NCBI RefSeq assembly: GCF_000315625.1
Contig: NW_005434648.1
Span: forward strand, 248,001 to 312,000
Origin: Guillardia theta CCMP2712
Lineage: Eukaryota > Protista > Cryptophyta
Direction: 5' to 3'
DNA: 64,000 nt
Below the pieces are notes generated by a model that was given only the letters and a program-made list of their open reading frames with translations, ran no database searches and was not told where the DNA came from. Position 1 is the first letter of the stretch. Every line of letters starts with the position of its first letter. The position numbers and the translations under genes are program-made. Of the stretch, positions 63,783 to 64,000 are shown piece after piece.

Positions 63783-64000
63783 TTAGACGTACTGCTGGGA
63801 GGACTGGTTAAGGGGCACAGTCTCGCTCTCAGGAGCATCAACGTTCGCCAAAAGGTAGAAGCCGAAGCCGATCTTGGCAATCAAGTCCGCAATGGTCAAG
63901 ATGCCGACCTCCTGGGAAAGTCCAAGAGCGCCAGTTCCCTCGGAGCCAACAATCCACACGATGGGGTATACGATCCACACCAAGATGGTGAGCCAGGTGA
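63783..64000 (-). CDS. Second, inverted copy of the same rhodopsin (3' end only; the rest lies outside the window)
   Basis: The reverse complement of 63793-64000 is identical to 62928-63135, and both copies end ...VPLNQSSQQYV*. Confidence 0.93.
   Translation of the reverse strand, partial: TWLTILVWIVYPIVWIVGSEGTGALGLSQEVGILTIADLIAKIGFGFYLLANVDAPESETVPLNQSSQQYV

Overview
Gene-dense eukaryotic nuclear DNA, most likely from a cryptophyte alga (Guillardia/Hanusia-like). This is inferred from many very short GT-AG introns (~41-75 nt), GGA/CCT low-complexity tracts, a signal peptide + Phe-type plastid presequence and bacteriorhodopsin-like opsin genes. The ORF track is largely misleading because genes are split into small exons, so I spliced genes by eye; internal exon boundaries and some starts are approximate. 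About 21 protein-coding genes are visible: SRPBCC/cyclase, SET methyltransferase, a thioredoxin-SHP-UBA-PDZ-UBX protein, a SAM-domain protein, plastid acetyl-CoA synthetase, Mis18, a ~9 kb cadherin-like/PSI multipass membrane protein, La, pyridoxal reductase-type AKR, CLN3/battenin, an EF-hand protein, a 4E-T-like protein, RBX1, an AT-hook/bHLH-like factor, an alpha/beta hydrolase, a NAPE-PLD-like MBL hydrolase, ABCB/MDR, a possible secreted TPR/GT41-like protein, two hypothetical proteins, and an inverted tail-to-tail pair of microbial rhodopsins. There is one 100-N assembly gap. I recognised no rRNA, tRNA, CRISPR array or transposon. Best leads: (1) the Trx-SHP-UBA-PDZ-UBX p97 adaptor, invisible in the ORF track; (2) a DTD rhodopsin that has lost the T90/D115 pair, and whose inverted copy shows a gene-conversion boundary; (3) the giant adhesin-like multipass protein; (4) the 4E-T-like short-motif protein. 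All family calls come from motif recognition by eye and need HMM or structure confirmation.
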